A stretch of 64,000 nt of DNA from an uncultured Bacteroidales bacterium (GTDB taxonomy: Bacteria > Bacteroidota > Bacteroidia > Bacteroidales > WCHB1-69), in contig CAMVBK010000004.1 in NCBI GenBank assembly GCA_947165685.1, positions 35,749 through 99,748 of the forward strand, read 5' to 3'. Shown here in pieces: positions 10,119 through 20,279 of the stretch. The notes beneath the pieces were generated by a model. The model saw only the letters and a list, made by a program, of their open reading frames with translations, did no database searches and had not been told where the DNA came from. Numbering within the stretch: the stretch's first letter is position 1; every line of letters begins with the position of its first letter. A program made the translations under genes and the position numbers.

Positions 10119-11315
10119 TTACAGTTCCATCAGGCATTGGCGAATAATCCGGCAACTGTCGTCAATCTCGTCATCCGAAATTGTCAGGGGTGGAGAGATG
10201 CGGAAGGCGGTGTCGCAGAAGAGGAACCAGTCGCTCATGATGCCGTGTTCCTTGAAAAGGGCCATGATTTTGAACAGTTTTTCGGATGTGCCGAGCTCGA
10301 CGGCCATGAGAAGGCCGCTGCGGCGGATTTCCAGCACATGCGGGGCGTCTTGCAAGGCATTCTCGTAGCGCATTCCTTTTCCTTCCACTTTTTCAACAAG
10401 TTTGTTGTCAAGGATATAGTTGAGGGCGGCGAGTCCGGCGGCACAGCATACGGGGTGTCCTCCGAAAGTGGTGATGTGGCCTAAGACGGGGTTGCATTGC
10501 AGGGAATCCATCACGGTTTTGGAAGCGATGAACGCGCCGAGGGGCATCCCGCCGCCGAAGGCCTTGGCCAGGCAGACGATGTCAGGCGTAACTCCGTATT
10601 TCTGCATGGCGAACAGGCTCCCGGTGCGTCCCATGCCTGTCTGTATCTCGTCGAATATCAGCAGCGCACCAGTCTTGTCGCAGCGTTTGCGGAGAGCCTG
10701 CAGGTAGCCGTCGGCGGGCAGCCTTACGCCTCCTTCCCCCTGCACGGGTTCCACCAGCACGCATGCTGTTTCTTCATCAATCTTTTCCAGGTCGCCGAAG
10801 TTGTTGAACCACAGGTATTCCACATTGGGAAGCAGTGGCTGGAACGGGGCTTTCCACGTGTCGCCTTCGGGGGAGGCCATCATGCTGAGCGAACCGTGGT
10901 TGGAACCGTGGTAGGCGCAGTGCATCGACATCATCTTGTGCCGTCCAGTGTGCCGTTTCGCCAGTTTCAGCGCACCTTCCACCGCCTCGCTGCCCGAGTT
11001 CACGAAATAGACACTGTCGAGAGGGTGGGGGAGAAGTTCAGCAATCTGGCGGGCGTACTGCACCTGCGGCAGCTCCACCATTTCGCCATAGACCATGATG
11101 TGCATGTAGTCGGCAGCCTGTTGCTGCACGGCGGCCACCACGGCCGGGTTGGCGTGCCCGACATTGTTCACCGAAACGCCCGACACAAGGTCGTAGTAGC
11201 GCTTGCCTTCCGGCGTATAAAAGAAGACTCCTTCCGCCCGCGCCACTTCCAACAGGAGCGGCTCCGGCGAAGTCTGTCCTACATGTTCCAGAAACTGTTG
11301 TCTTAATGTTTTCAT
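10119..11315 (-). CDS. Class III PLP aminotransferase (acetylornithine/ornithine aminotransferase-like)
   Basis: NSGSEAVEGA, EPVQGEGG, FDEIQTGMGRTG and PDIVCLAKAFGGG motifs. Probable start MKTLRQQF at 11315. Confidence 0.88.
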   Translation of the reverse strand: MKTLRQQFLEHVGQTSPEPLLLEVARAEGVFFYTPEGKRYYDLVSGVSVNNVGHANPAVVAAVQQQAADYMHIMVYGEMVELPQVQYARQIAELLPHPLDSVYFVNSGSEAVEGALKLAKRHTGRHKMMSMHCAYHGSNHGSLSMMASPEGDTWKAPFQPLLPNVEYLWFNNFGDLEKIDEETACVLVEPVQGEGGVRLPADGYLQALRKRCDKTGALLIFDEIQTGMGRTGSLFAMQKYGVTPDIVCLAKAFGGGMPLGAFIASKTVMDSLQCNPVLGHITTFGGHPVCCAAGLAALNYILDNKLVEKVEGKGMRYENALQDAPHVLEIRRSGLLMAVELGTSEKLFKIMALFKEHGIMSDWFLFCDTAFRISPPLTISDDEIDDSCRIIRQCLMEL

Positions 11316-11332
11316 CTTGTTCAAATTTTGCG

Positions 11333-11375
11333 CAAAAATACGTTTTTTTTCCGAACTGAAAAAAACGTACTTTTG
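11333..11375. promoter_or_regulatory. Divergent pair of Bacteroidota -7 promoter boxes (TAnnTTTG)
   Basis: TATTTTTG on the minus strand at 11333-11340 and TACTTTTG on the plus strand at 11368-11375, each just upstream of a gene start. Confidence 0.65.
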
Positions 11376-11410
11376 CACCTCTTTTGGATTGTAGATATAA
11401 ATTGTTGAAT

Positions 11411-13531
11411 ATGAAGAAAATTACCTTATTGTTCAGCATCTTTTCTGTGATGCTTTTGGCTCCGGTGTTCGGGCAGACCATTGATTTCACGAAACGCTAT
11501 GTCATCGAAAACATCTATGGAATTGCATGGCGGCCCGGCGCAGACCAGTATTCCTACATCGACGATGACCAGAATATCAAGCTGGTGAACCCGAAAAACG
11601 GCAAGGAGACGGTCTTTCTCGCTTCCGCGTCGCAAAAGGCGCATGAAATTTCAAGTGTTTATGGCTACGAGTGGCTCGATGCCAACACCCTCTACTTTCC
11701 CCGCGACCACAAAACGGTCAGCGTGCTGGACGGCAAAATCACCACTACCGCTTTCGACAAAGTGGATTGGGATGATGTCATTGACCAGGACGTCAAACAT
11801 CAGGTGTTCGTTATCAAGAACGACAAAGGCGTGTTTGTGGAGAGCGCGGTGAACGGCTTCAAGCCCGTACTGCTCTGTCCCGACACAGGCAGGAACATTG
11901 TCTTTGGCGAGTCGGTGCACCGCAGCGAATGGGGCATTAACGAAGGTCAGTACATCTCCCCGAACGGCAACTTCATCGCCTTCTACCGCATGGACGAGAG
12001 CATGGTGGAGGATTATCCGCTCGTGAACACCGGCACGCCCATCGCCACGGTCGAGAACATCAAATACCCGATGGCCGGCCGTACCTCCCATGTGGTGACC
12101 CTTGGCATTTTTGATGTGGCACAGTCCGCGCATAAGGGTAGCCCTGTGTATCACTACATTCAAACCGACAAAGCCGATGGTGAGTTTTTGACCAACGTCA
12201 CTTTCTCACCTGACGAAAAATACATCTACATTTCGCATCTCAACCGCGAGCAGAACCACTCAAAACTGATCCGTTACGACCTGCAGACCGGAAAGAAACT
12301 GGCCACGCTGATTGAAGAAAAGGACAATCGTTACGTGGAACCCACCCGTCGCATGATCTTCATGAAAAACGGTGATTTCCTCTGGTTCAGCGACCGCGAT
12401 GGCTGGAAACAACTGTTTCGATATTCTTCAGACGGAAAGCTTGTAAAGAAAGTGGTTGATGGAAAATTCGACATTAGTGAATTCTATGGCATGGACAAGG
12501 ACGAAAAAAACGTTTACTTCACGGCGTCGCTCGAAAAACCGGTGAACCAATATGTCTGTAAAGTGAATGTGGAAAAGGGCACACTTACTTGTTTGGCTCA
12601 TGCCGATGGTGTCCATCGTCCCGTTTTCAGCGAATCGAAAAACTATTTCATCGACTATTTCAGCAATCCGACCACGCCGCGCGTAATCTCATTGTTGGAT
12701 AATAAAGGTAAGACAATCAAGACGTTACTTACCGCGAAAAGTCCTTTTGGCGTGATGAAGTTGGGCGATACCAAAATCTTCCCCATTGTGAACAAAGAGG
12801 GCGATTCGCTCTGGTGCCGTATGATTACGCCTCCGAATATGGACAAGAGCAAGAAATACCCTGTCTTCCTGTACGTTTATGGTGGTCCGCACTCGCAGCT
12901 GGTGACCAACCAATACCTTTCCGGCGGTTTGTTCCTCGAATTTATGGCACAACAAGGCTACATTGTCTTCACGTTGGATAACCGTGGAACGCAGAACCGT
13001 GGCGCGGAGTTTGAAAAATGCATCCACCGCAACCTTGGTGTGCGAGAAGTGGAAGACCAAATGTGTGGTGTGGAGTACTTGAAATCACTGCCGTATGTGG
13101 ATGCCGACCGCATTGGCCTGGACGGATGGAGCTATGGCGGATTCATGGTGCTGTCGTTAATCACCTCTCATCCCGAGACTTTCAAGGCGGCTTCGTGCGG
13201 CGGTCCAGTGGTCAACTGGGAGTGGTACGAGGTGATGTACGGCGAACGTTACATGGACACCCCGCAAGAGAATCCTTCTGGCTACGAGAACGCCAACATT
13301 ATCCCGAAGATCAAGAACGTGAAATGCCCGTTGTTGGTGATGCATGGTGCACAGGACCACACGGTGGTACAGCAACATACGCTGGAACTGCTGCGTCAGG
13401 CGGTCAGCGATGACGTGGAGCTGGAGTACTTTGTCTATACCGTTCACGACCACAACGTAATCGGGCCGGAGCGCAGACATTTGTACAATAAGCTGTTACG
13501 TTTTCATAATCAGAACACGAAGGGCGAATGA
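11411..13531 (+). CDS. ptpA: S9B peptidase, prolyl tripeptidyl peptidase / DPP-IV family
   Basis: Signal peptide, YPMAG, VYGGPHSQ, GWSYGG nucleophile, HGAQDHTV Asp and HDHNVIGPER His. The C-terminus resembles PtpA. Confidence 0.8.
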   Translation: MKKITLLFSIFSVMLLAPVFGQTIDFTKRYVIENIYGIAWRPGADQYSYIDDDQNIKLVNPKNGKETVFLASASQKAHEISSVYGYEWLDANTLYFPRDHKTVSVLDGKITTTAFDKVDWDDVIDQDVKHQVFVIKNDKGVFVESAVNGFKPVLLCPDTGRNIVFGESVHRSEWGINEGQYISPNGNFIAFYRMDESMVEDYPLVNTGTPIATVENIKYPMAGRTSHVVTLGIFDVAQSAHKGSPVYHYIQTDKADGEFLTNVTFSPDEKYIYISHLNREQNHSKLIRYDLQTGKKLATLIEEKDNRYVEPTRRMIFMKNGDFLWFSDRDGWKQLFRYSSDGKLVKKVVDGKFDISEFYGMDKDEKNVYFTASLEKPVNQYVCKVNVEKGTLTCLAHADGVHRPVFSESKNYFIDYFSNPTTPRVISLLDNKGKTIKTLLTAKSPFGVMKLGDTKIFPIVNKEGDSLWCRMITPPNMDKSKKYPVFLYVYGGPHSQLVTNQYLSGGLFLEFMAQQGYIVFTLDNRGTQNRGAEFEKCIHRNLGVREVEDQMCGVEYLKSLPYVDADRIGLDGWSYGGFMVLSLITSHPETFKAASCGGPVVNWEWYEVMYGERYMDTPQENPSGYENANIIPKIKNVKCPLLVMHGAQDHTVVQQHTLELLRQAVSDDVELEYFVYTVHDHNVIGPERRHLYNKLLRFHNQNTKGE

Positions 13532-14085
13532 AACGGCTTTTCATCGCTACGCCGATAATTACGTTTTCGTCGGAAATTCAGCAATCTGTTGCAGATCTGC
13601 GGTTCAGGTTGCGTCATGATGACATTGTATGGGTGAGGCCGGAACTCTGCCACCTCACCCTTCGTTTTTTGGGGGCAACGCCGCCGCAATGGATTCCGGA
13701 AATTAAAAAGACCATTGTGGATTCTTATGCGGATTCAGAACCTGTAACGTTGACTATCAATAAGATTGGTGTCTTCGGTAGTCGTTATCATCCGGAAGTT
13801 TTGTGGTTGGGCTTCGGCGACTTCTCTCCTTTCAAAGCTCTTTTCGAAAAAATAGAGCCAAAGCTACAAGCTATCGGATTTGCCCCTAACTACGGTAATT
13901 TTGTCCCGCATATTACGTTGGGCCGCATCAAGCGTTTGCATGACAAGCACAAGTTTTGGGACAGCGTGGAACAATTCCCGAAAGATTTTTCGCAGAAATT
14001 GGAAATTGTGACGTTGAACCTCTATCAGAGTTTTCTCCACAAAGACGGTCCGGAATACAAAATCCTTTCTTCCTTTAACCTCTGA
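13528..14085 (+). CDS. thpR: RNA 2',3'-cyclic phosphodiesterase (2H family)
   Basis: KRLFIA start and two HxT motifs (CHLTLRFLG, PHITLGR). ATGA overlap with the upstream gene. Confidence 0.9.
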   Translation: MKRLFIATPIITFSSEIQQSVADLRFRLRHDDIVWVRPELCHLTLRFLGATPPQWIPEIKKTIVDSYADSEPVTLTINKIGVFGSRYHPEVLWLGFGDFSPFKALFEKIEPKLQAIGFAPNYGNFVPHITLGRIKRLHDKHKFWDSVEQFPKDFSQKLEIVTLNLYQSFLHKDGPEYKILSSFNL

Positions 14086-14635
14086 TTCTTAGCCCTTCCT
14101 CGTAGGTTTCTCCCGTGCAGACCACTAGGTCGGCGCGTTTGCATTTTTCCTCCTGCGGCATTTGCCGAGCCATGCGCTGCCGAATTTCCGTTTCGGAGAG
14201 GTTGGGATTTCGCTCGCGTATCCGTTTGATTCGAAGTGCTTCGGGGGCGTCCGCCACGATTATTTTGTCGAATAATGGTGCCAAGTTGTATTCGAATAGA
14301 ATGGCGGACTCCATAATGACGGCGAAGGTGTTTTGTTCTTCCGCCCAGCATTTGAAGTCGCGCATCACGTAGGGGTGTACGAAGTGACTTAATTTTTGTA
14401 AAAACGCTGCCTTTTCAAATGATTTCGAGAGTGCCGGCATATTCAGGCTGCCATCGGGATTCCAGAAATCGTTTTCGGGGAACTCTTTTCGCATTTCCGT
14501 CAGGAATTGTGGATTTTGGTAGAGTTTCTTGGCCTCATCGTCTGCATAATATACAGGGATTCCCATATCGCGAAAATGCTTGGAAAGATATGTCTTTCCA
14601 GTCCCAATGCCGCCGGTCAGTCCGATTTTAACCAT
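14075..14635 (-). CDS. coaE: Dephospho-CoA kinase
   Basis: IGLTGGIGTGKT P-loop, VHPYV, ESAILFE and RMARQM motifs. Confidence 0.93.
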   Translation of the reverse strand: MVKIGLTGGIGTGKTYLSKHFRDMGIPVYYADDEAKKLYQNPQFLTEMRKEFPENDFWNPDGSLNMPALSKSFEKAAFLQKLSHFVHPYVMRDFKCWAEEQNTFAVIMESAILFEYNLAPLFDKIIVADAPEALRIKRIRERNPNLSETEIRQRMARQMPQEEKCKRADLVVCTGETYEEGLRIRG

Positions 14636-14637
14636 TT

Positions 14638-15054
14638 TTAACGCAGATAGAAGGTGATGACTTCAGGGGAGGATACGGCAACTAACTCGGGGCCGAAATT
14701 GTTTTTAGCCAAAAAGTCGCACATTTCCTTATTGGTGAACGTATAGACGGTCACCTTGTTTTTCGGTTTGATGAGGTCGTTGATGGATACGGTCACCACT
14801 TTTTCTTTTTCAGAGTAGGGTTTCATCAGGTAACGTAACCCTTTCTGGTTGAAAGTTAGGGTTAGCACCGTGTCGGAGGCGGTCACGGACTTGCGGCCTT
14901 CGGGCAGGTTTTCGCAAACCAGCTTGTAGTCGTATGTCATTTTGTAGTCTTTCGACAATGTGACCAAAATCCAGCAGGCAAAGGAAATCAGTAGGCATAC
15001 CATAAAGGCCAGTGAAGGGAGTTTCACTGGCAACCGAGACTTGTTTTCAGCCAT
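14638..15054 (-). CDS. Membrane-anchored hypothetical protein, short YbbR-like
   Basis: N-terminal TM helix (FMVCLLISFACWILVTLSKDY). Sits between yajC and coaE, as in many Bacteroidota. Confidence 0.6.
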   Translation of the reverse strand: MAENKSRLPVKLPSLAFMVCLLISFACWILVTLSKDYKMTYDYKLVCENLPEGRKSVTASDTVLTLTFNQKGLRYLMKPYSEKEKVVTVSINDLIKPKNKVTVYTFTNKEMCDFLAKNNFGPELVAVSSPEVITFYLR

Positions 15055-15056
15055 TT

Positions 15057-15440
15057 TTATTCGTTTTCGTCCTTTTTCTCTTCGATTTTCTCCTCCTTTT
15101 TGGTGTCGTTCTTGGAGCTCAGGTCGGCCTCGTTGAAGGAGATAGCGGCTTTGTCAACCTCGATGCGGACATCGCGGGAGATTTCAATGGTGAACGTGCG
15201 GTCCTTGATGTCCACGATTTTGCCATGGATGCCGCCGATGGTGACCACTTTGTCGCCTCTTTGCAGGCTGTTTCGAGCCTCTTCGATCTTCTTTTGTTTC
15301 TTCTGTTGCGGGCGAATCATGAAGAAGTAGAAGATGAGAATCATCAGGAGGAGGAAAATGAGCATGGAGGAACCGCCACCCATGCCGGATGCGGGGGCTG
15401 CGGATTCAGCTTGAAGCAAAGGTAAAAAAATGTTCAGCAT
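15057..15440 (-). CDS. yajC: Preprotein translocase subunit YajC
   Basis: FYFFMIRPQQKKQK and LQRGDKVVTIGGIHGKI motifs. Confidence 0.95.
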   Translation of the reverse strand: MLNIFLPLLQAESAAPASGMGGGSSMLIFLLLMILIFYFFMIRPQQKKQKKIEEARNSLQRGDKVVTIGGIHGKIVDIKDRTFTIEISRDVRIEVDKAAISFNEADLSSKNDTKKEEKIEEKKDENE

Positions 15441-15467
15441 AACTATAAGAATTTGATTTTTAATTGT

Positions 15468-15935
15468 TTATTTGTTTGAAGAAACGTTGGCTGTGATTAA
15501 AAGGATGGTCTCGGCAGGATAGGTGTTCGCGCCTACGAGGATGCGTTTCTGCACTTTCCCTTTTTGTCCTTTCGAATCGAAAGTCACGGTGATTTCGCCG
15601 CTTTCACCCGGACGTACGGGGGCTTTTGGCGGTTGCGAGGTGGTGCACCCGCAGGTGGCTTCTGATGAGTAGATGATCAGGTTCGACTTGCCGGTGTTTT
15701 TGAACTTGAAGTTGTAGGTCAGGCGTTCGCCCTCTACCACATCTCCGAAATCGTATGTTTTGGTCTCAAAGCTGATAACGGGCATCTTTTTCGCGTCTTT
15801 GGCTGACAATCCATCCGCTGTTTGTGGAATATGGACGTCTTTGACCGAAAATTCACCTTCGTTGGCCGTTTTCTGGTGGCAAGAGGCCAGTACAAACGCC
15901 CCTGCCACCAGTAATATGCGAACTAAATTCTTCAT
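15468..15935 (-). CDS. DUF1573-domain lipoprotein
   Basis: Lipobox LAS-C, then YDFGDV, FKFKNTG, ATCGCT and PGESGEITVTFDS. Confidence 0.85.
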   Translation of the reverse strand: MKNLVRILLVAGAFVLASCHQKTANEGEFSVKDVHIPQTADGLSAKDAKKMPVISFETKTYDFGDVVEGERLTYNFKFKNTGKSNLIIYSSEATCGCTTSQPPKAPVRPGESGEITVTFDSKGQKGKVQKRILVGANTYPAETILLITANVSSNK

Positions 15936-15949
15936 AATAAACCTCTAAA

Positions 15950-16013
15950 CTAATCTACTAAACTACTAAACTACTAAACCACTAAACCACTAATCTACTA
16001 ATCTACTAAGCTA
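15950..16013. repeat. Tandem array of eight 8-bp units (CTAANCYA)
   Basis: ctaatcta ctaaacta ctaaacta ctaaacca ctaaacca ctaatcta ctaatcta ctaagcta. The last unit contains the nusB stop codon. Confidence 0.9.
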
Positions 16014-16958
16014 ATTCTGGAAAAGTCCCCGTCCCGTCTTTACAATACGTCCGCTGTCACGTAAATCCACGATGAGTCGGTCAAGGATACCGTTGATGAA
16101 CACCTTGCTTTTGTCGGAGCTATACCATTTGGCAATCTCGATGTATTCGTTCAAGGTGACTTTGATGGGAATGGAGGGGAATTCCAGCAATTCGCAGAGA
16201 GCCATCTGCATGAGCAGCATGTCCATTTGAATGACACGGTCGCGTTCCCAGTTTTGAAGCTTCTCCTCGATCATCCGGGTGTATTCTGCGGAATGTTCCA
16301 GCGTCTTGCGGAAAAGGTCGCGGCAGAATTGCTCGTCGTCGCTGTTCTTGAACAGTGAGTCGATGCGGCAGTCATCGCCTTTCGATTCCTTGAACTCCTT
16401 CACGTTTTGATAGAACATCAGCATCGCGTCGTTGTAATCGTCAATCCAATGGGTGTTTTTCTCGCCTAAGAACCAATGCAGCAGGTCGTTTTCGGCAAAC
16501 ACCTTTTCTATGATGTTCAACACGATTTGCTTGTCTTCTGCGTAATTGTTCTCGCGTGTCGTCATATAGACTTCATATTCCGGGAGTTGTTCGATTTCTC
16601 GGAACAGTTTTGCAATCAAGTCTTTCTCGTCCTCCCATGTGATGTGGTGCTTGGGCCAAAGGATTTTCAGGGTTTGGTTGTTCTCAATCTGCCGGATTAC
16701 GAGGTTGTTCACGAACTTGGTGTTCGGGTTCAGGTCTTCTTCCGTCGGGTTGTATTTCTCCTTCAGCCCCTCCATCTTTTTCATGCGGTAAAAGGCGATT
16801 TCGGGCAGCAGGGCAAAGAGCCAGAGAAAGAGTTCGTAGTTTCCCTTGACTGCTTTTATGAGGTCCGCCTCATAAAGGCGCACTTCCGCCTTTGGATTGG
16901 CGTTATAGGCATATAGCGCCTGCATGGTCTTGATTCGCAAATAATGGCGACTTACCAT
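16011..16958 (-). CDS. nusB: Transcription antitermination factor NusB (long Bacteroidota form)
   Basis: SRHYLRIKTMQALYA start and C-terminal IPIKVTLNEYIEIAKWYSSDKSKVFINGILD. Confidence 0.93.
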   Translation of the reverse strand: MVSRHYLRIKTMQALYAYNANPKAEVRLYEADLIKAVKGNYELFLWLFALLPEIAFYRMKKMEGLKEKYNPTEEDLNPNTKFVNNLVIRQIENNQTLKILWPKHHITWEDEKDLIAKLFREIEQLPEYEVYMTTRENNYAEDKQIVLNIIEKVFAENDLLHWFLGEKNTHWIDDYNDAMLMFYQNVKEFKESKGDDCRIDSLFKNSDDEQFCRDLFRKTLEHSAEYTRMIEEKLQNWERDRVIQMDMLLMQMALCELLEFPSIPIKVTLNEYIEIAKWYSSDKSKVFINGILDRLIVDLRDSGRIVKTGRGLFQN

Positions 16959-16990
16959 ATTAACTAATTGGGTTTAAAGTGGTTAAATTT

Positions 16991-17938
16991 CTATCTCAAC
17001 GTGAAGAAACTTTCGCCGAGGAACTGGTCGTCGGTGTAGAGTTGCACGCTGTATTGTCCTTTGATGGCCTTGTCGTCAGACATCAAATCCCAGTTCAGGG
17101 TGATGTTCTCCGCCTTGTTGTTGTAGTTGACCACCGTCTTGCAGGAGTACTGCAGCCGTTGTCCGTTGTGGACGAAGGAATAGGTGTCGCCGGAGCCCAT
17201 GGTGAGCACCTTTCCCGTTTCGGGGATGGCGATGCGGCAGTAGATGTTCACGGGGCCGGGCTCGATCAGGGAGTTTTCGCCCAGCATCAGGGTTGTCTTG
17301 ATACGTTTCACCTTGTTGGCTTTCTCGGTTGGCTCTTCGGTGCCCTTGTTGCGCACCAGGTAGCCGCCGCTCTTGATGTTGTAGGCCTTGAACGTGGCGG
17401 CGTTGCTGATTTTCTGTTCCAGGTCTTCGTTGGACTTCTGGATGGTGCGTGTCACTTCACGCTCCTGTTCCAGCGTGGCCTTCACTTGCAGGTTCTCCTC
17501 CTTCAGGGCCTTGTTCTCTTGGTAGAGCTGGTCCATTTCCTTCACATATTCCTGTGAGATGTTCTGCAGACGGGCCAGTTGCTTCTTGATGCGGTTGTAG
17601 TCGGCTTGGGAGTTGATGAGTTTCTCGATTTCCTCCGCGCTGGCCATGATGATGCTGTCCTTTTCGCTCAGTTGGTCGGAAAGTTCGCCGTATTGCGCTT
17701 TGATGCGGTTGTGCTCCGCCAGCAGGGAGTCCAGTTCGCTCTGAAGCTCCGTGTTCTTGTTCTCCACCGCCGTGTAAACCTTGTTCATGGTCGGTTTGGC
17801 GAAAAAGGCGAGATAAATCGTGCTGCATAGGAATAATCCTGCTAATGCACCCAGGATAATCACCCATTTCTTCAAGGGGTTTTCTTGTTTGGCATTTTGA
17901 TTCTGCCCTGAATAGTTCATTGAACTCGTGGTTTCCAT
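16991..17938 (-). CDS. Membrane-anchored coiled-coil hypothetical protein
   Basis: One TM helix, a long heptad-rich segment and a beta-rich C-terminal domain. Confidence 0.75.
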   Translation of the reverse strand: METTSSMNYSGQNQNAKQENPLKKWVIILGALAGLFLCSTIYLAFFAKPTMNKVYTAVENKNTELQSELDSLLAEHNRIKAQYGELSDQLSEKDSIIMASAEEIEKLINSQADYNRIKKQLARLQNISQEYVKEMDQLYQENKALKEENLQVKATLEQEREVTRTIQKSNEDLEQKISNAATFKAYNIKSGGYLVRNKGTEEPTEKANKVKRIKTTLMLGENSLIEPGPVNIYCRIAIPETGKVLTMGSGDTYSFVHNGQRLQYSCKTVVNYNNKAENITLNWDLMSDDKAIKGQYSVQLYTDDQFLGESFFTLR

Positions 17939-18003
17939 ATTTGCTGTTTTTTATTTTTCGAATCGGGATAACGACTTTTTCTCCTAAAAATTTTATCGTC
18001 GCG

Positions 18004-19650
18004 TTATTTTAATTGAAGTTGGAGCCTCAACTCCTTTGGCAGATAGAACGTGTTGGTCTTGTCCATATACACAATCACGGAATTCAAGTCAACACGTTTG
18101 TTGTTCACTGTCACATAGTTGGCATAGCTGTCGGCGACTAAGGTGTTTCGTTTGTTCTTGACTGTCAGCCGCCGGTTGTATTTGTCGATGCTGTCGATGC
18201 GGATGTCGTAGCCGTCGAATACCTTGTGGTGATCGGCGTAGATGTCCTCGGTCAGTTGGTCCATCTGGTTGGTCAGCCCCATTTGGCGACAGATGTAGTT
18301 GTGGATGTCGATGTTGGTCGGAACGCCTGTGAGAATGTCGTTTTGTGGGTGGTACATGGCCAGGAAGACGTTTTCGATGGTGTGCCCGAAGGTTGTGAAG
18401 CCGAAGTAGGTGCGGTTGTACAGCACTTGACTGAGCATTTTGCATAAGGAGAGGTTGTTTTTTCGGTTCTCTTTCGGCATGGAGGATTTGTCGTAGTCGC
18501 TTGCAGTGGAGAGATAGGTGATTTCAGCCGGTTGCGGAGTGAAACCGAAATAGGTCTCAAAGAGTTGCGGCCATTCGGTGGTGTCGGACTTTTTGAGTTT
18601 CTCGCCCATGGTCCAGTTCGACAGTTTGTAATTGTCGATGGGGCTCATGAGCTGTTTCAGCGAGAGTTTGTCGTATCCGTCGTGGACGGACTTGGCATTG
18701 CCGATGGTGACGGCACCGGTGCCGTGGTCGGGCACAATCACGATGGCGGTTTCGCCGTTCTCCTTGGCGAAGCGGAACGCCTCGGCGCAGGCCTTGTCGA
18801 ATTCCAGGAACTCGATCAGGGCGTTTTTCGCGTCATTGTCGTGGGCGGCCCAGTCCACCTTGCTGCCTTCCACCATGAGGAAGAAGCCGTTGGGGTTCTG
18901 GGAGAGCAGGCTGATGGCTTTGCGGGTCATTTCTGACAGCGAGGGTGTCTCCTTCGGGTCTGACTCCAGCCAGTAGGGCATGGAGGATTCACCGAACAAT
19001 GCCCAGACAGGGGCTTTCGTACAATTTCTAAAACCTTGAATATCATTAAGATATATGCTATATCCTTCTCTTTTCAAGTCTTCTTGGTAGTTGTCTTTCA
19101 AATAGTTGACACCGCCGCCCATCACCACGTCAAGATGGTTGTGGACCATTTGCGGGATGATGACGCTGTAGCGGCTGCGCTTGTAGGTGTGGGCGGAGCA
19201 GTCGGCGGGCGTGGCGTGTGGGAACTCGCAGGTGAATACCAGTCCGGTGGATTTGTGTTGCAGGATTTTGGCGGCTTCCAGCACGGTGGATAGCGGTTGG
19301 TAGGCGCGTGCGGCATCCACGGGCACCAGGTCGTGGTCGGTGGCTACGGGGTAGGTGGAGATGAACCCCGATTGCGAGGGCATTCCCGAAACGTAGCAGG
19401 AGGTCGTTGGCGCGGAGTCCCCGATGGGCGCATCCGACGAGTGCGTGCGCACCAGTCCGCAGATATAGGGGTCGATGCTGAGGGTGGTTTGGGTGGAGTC
19501 GAGATAGGTCTGGTACCAGCGTGCGGCGGACAGCAGGCTCGTGGAGGTGCCATCCGTGATCAGCAATATCACGTTTTTGATGGGCTTAGGTTGTGCCACT
19601 GTGCATAAAACGCTGATAGTTAATGTGATATAAAGAACAAAACGTTTCAT
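18004..19650 (-). CDS. phoA: Alkaline phosphatase (PhoA family)
   Basis: KNVILLITDG, DSAPT active-site Ser, HATPA, FFLMVEGSKVDWAAHDND and PDHGTG. Signal peptide present. Confidence 0.9.
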   Translation of the reverse strand: MKRFVLYITLTISVLCTVAQPKPIKNVILLITDGTSTSLLSAARWYQTYLDSTQTTLSIDPYICGLVRTHSSDAPIGDSAPTTSCYVSGMPSQSGFISTYPVATDHDLVPVDAARAYQPLSTVLEAAKILQHKSTGLVFTCEFPHATPADCSAHTYKRSRYSVIIPQMVHNHLDVVMGGGVNYLKDNYQEDLKREGYSIYLNDIQGFRNCTKAPVWALFGESSMPYWLESDPKETPSLSEMTRKAISLLSQNPNGFFLMVEGSKVDWAAHDNDAKNALIEFLEFDKACAEAFRFAKENGETAIVIVPDHGTGAVTIGNAKSVHDGYDKLSLKQLMSPIDNYKLSNWTMGEKLKKSDTTEWPQLFETYFGFTPQPAEITYLSTASDYDKSSMPKENRKNNLSLCKMLSQVLYNRTYFGFTTFGHTIENVFLAMYHPQNDILTGVPTNIDIHNYICRQMGLTNQMDQLTEDIYADHHKVFDGYDIRIDSIDKYNRRLTVKNKRNTLVADSYANYVTVNNKRVDLNSVIVYMDKTNTFYLPKELRLQLQLK

Positions 19651-19693
19651 TTTTTTCTCATTTTAAAACGCGCAAAGGTACATAAAATATGAA

Positions 19694-19721
19694 TACCTGC
19701 GAAACAGATTTTTCGCAGGTA
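19694..19721. terminator. Inverted repeat downstream of ispF, probable terminator
   Basis: tacctgcgaaa...tttcgcaggta, an 11-bp perfect stem. There is no clear U-tract. Confidence 0.45.
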
Positions 19722-19783
19722 AGTGACGCTTGCGGGGATTGTCTTTATAGTATGAGGGGCGGGCTTGGGGATGCTGTTGCCCC

Positions 19784-20266
19784 CTATTGTTTTCGCAACG
19801 TGACGGCGGCGACGGCGGCGATGCCTTCGCCCGCACCGGTGAAGCCCATCTTCTCGTTGGTCTTGGCCTTTACGGCGATATTTTCGGGATTCGTTTGCAG
19901 TAATTCCGATAGTTTTGTCACCATGTCATCAATGTAGGGTTTCATTTTGGGTTTTTCCAAGACAAGGGTGCAGTCCAAATTGTTGACTTGCCACCCTCGG
20001 GAGGTCATCAGTTCCATCACTTTGGTCAGCAGAACGGTGCTGTCCGCATTTTTCCAGGTGCTGTCGGTGTCGGGGAACCAGGTGCCGATGTCTTTGAGGC
20101 CGACGGCGCCGAGAAGTGCGTCGCAGACGGCATGGATAAGCACATCGCCGTCGGAATGGGCGGCCAATCCCAGTTCGTAGGGTATAGCAATGCCCCCGAT
20201 GACCAATGGTCTGTCGGGGGCAAATCTATGGGAGTCGTAGCCGAAGCCTACTCTGAAGTCAACCAT
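19784..20266 (-). CDS. ispF: 2-C-methyl-D-erythritol 2,4-cyclodiphosphate synthase
   Basis: RVGFGYDSH, HSDGDVLIHA, DIGTWFPDTD and KAKTNEKMGF motifs. Confidence 0.96.
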   Translation of the reverse strand: MVDFRVGFGYDSHRFAPDRPLVIGGIAIPYELGLAAHSDGDVLIHAVCDALLGAVGLKDIGTWFPDTDSTWKNADSTVLLTKVMELMTSRGWQVNNLDCTLVLEKPKMKPYIDDMVTKLSELLQTNPENIAVKAKTNEKMGFTGAGEGIAAVAAVTLRKQ

Positions 20267-20279
20267 ATTATATTGTCGC

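Noticed and set aside
15950-16013. CRISPR array (also considered for 37131 and 54211)
   Set aside because: Units are 7-8 bp with no unique spacers, and no cas genes are present.
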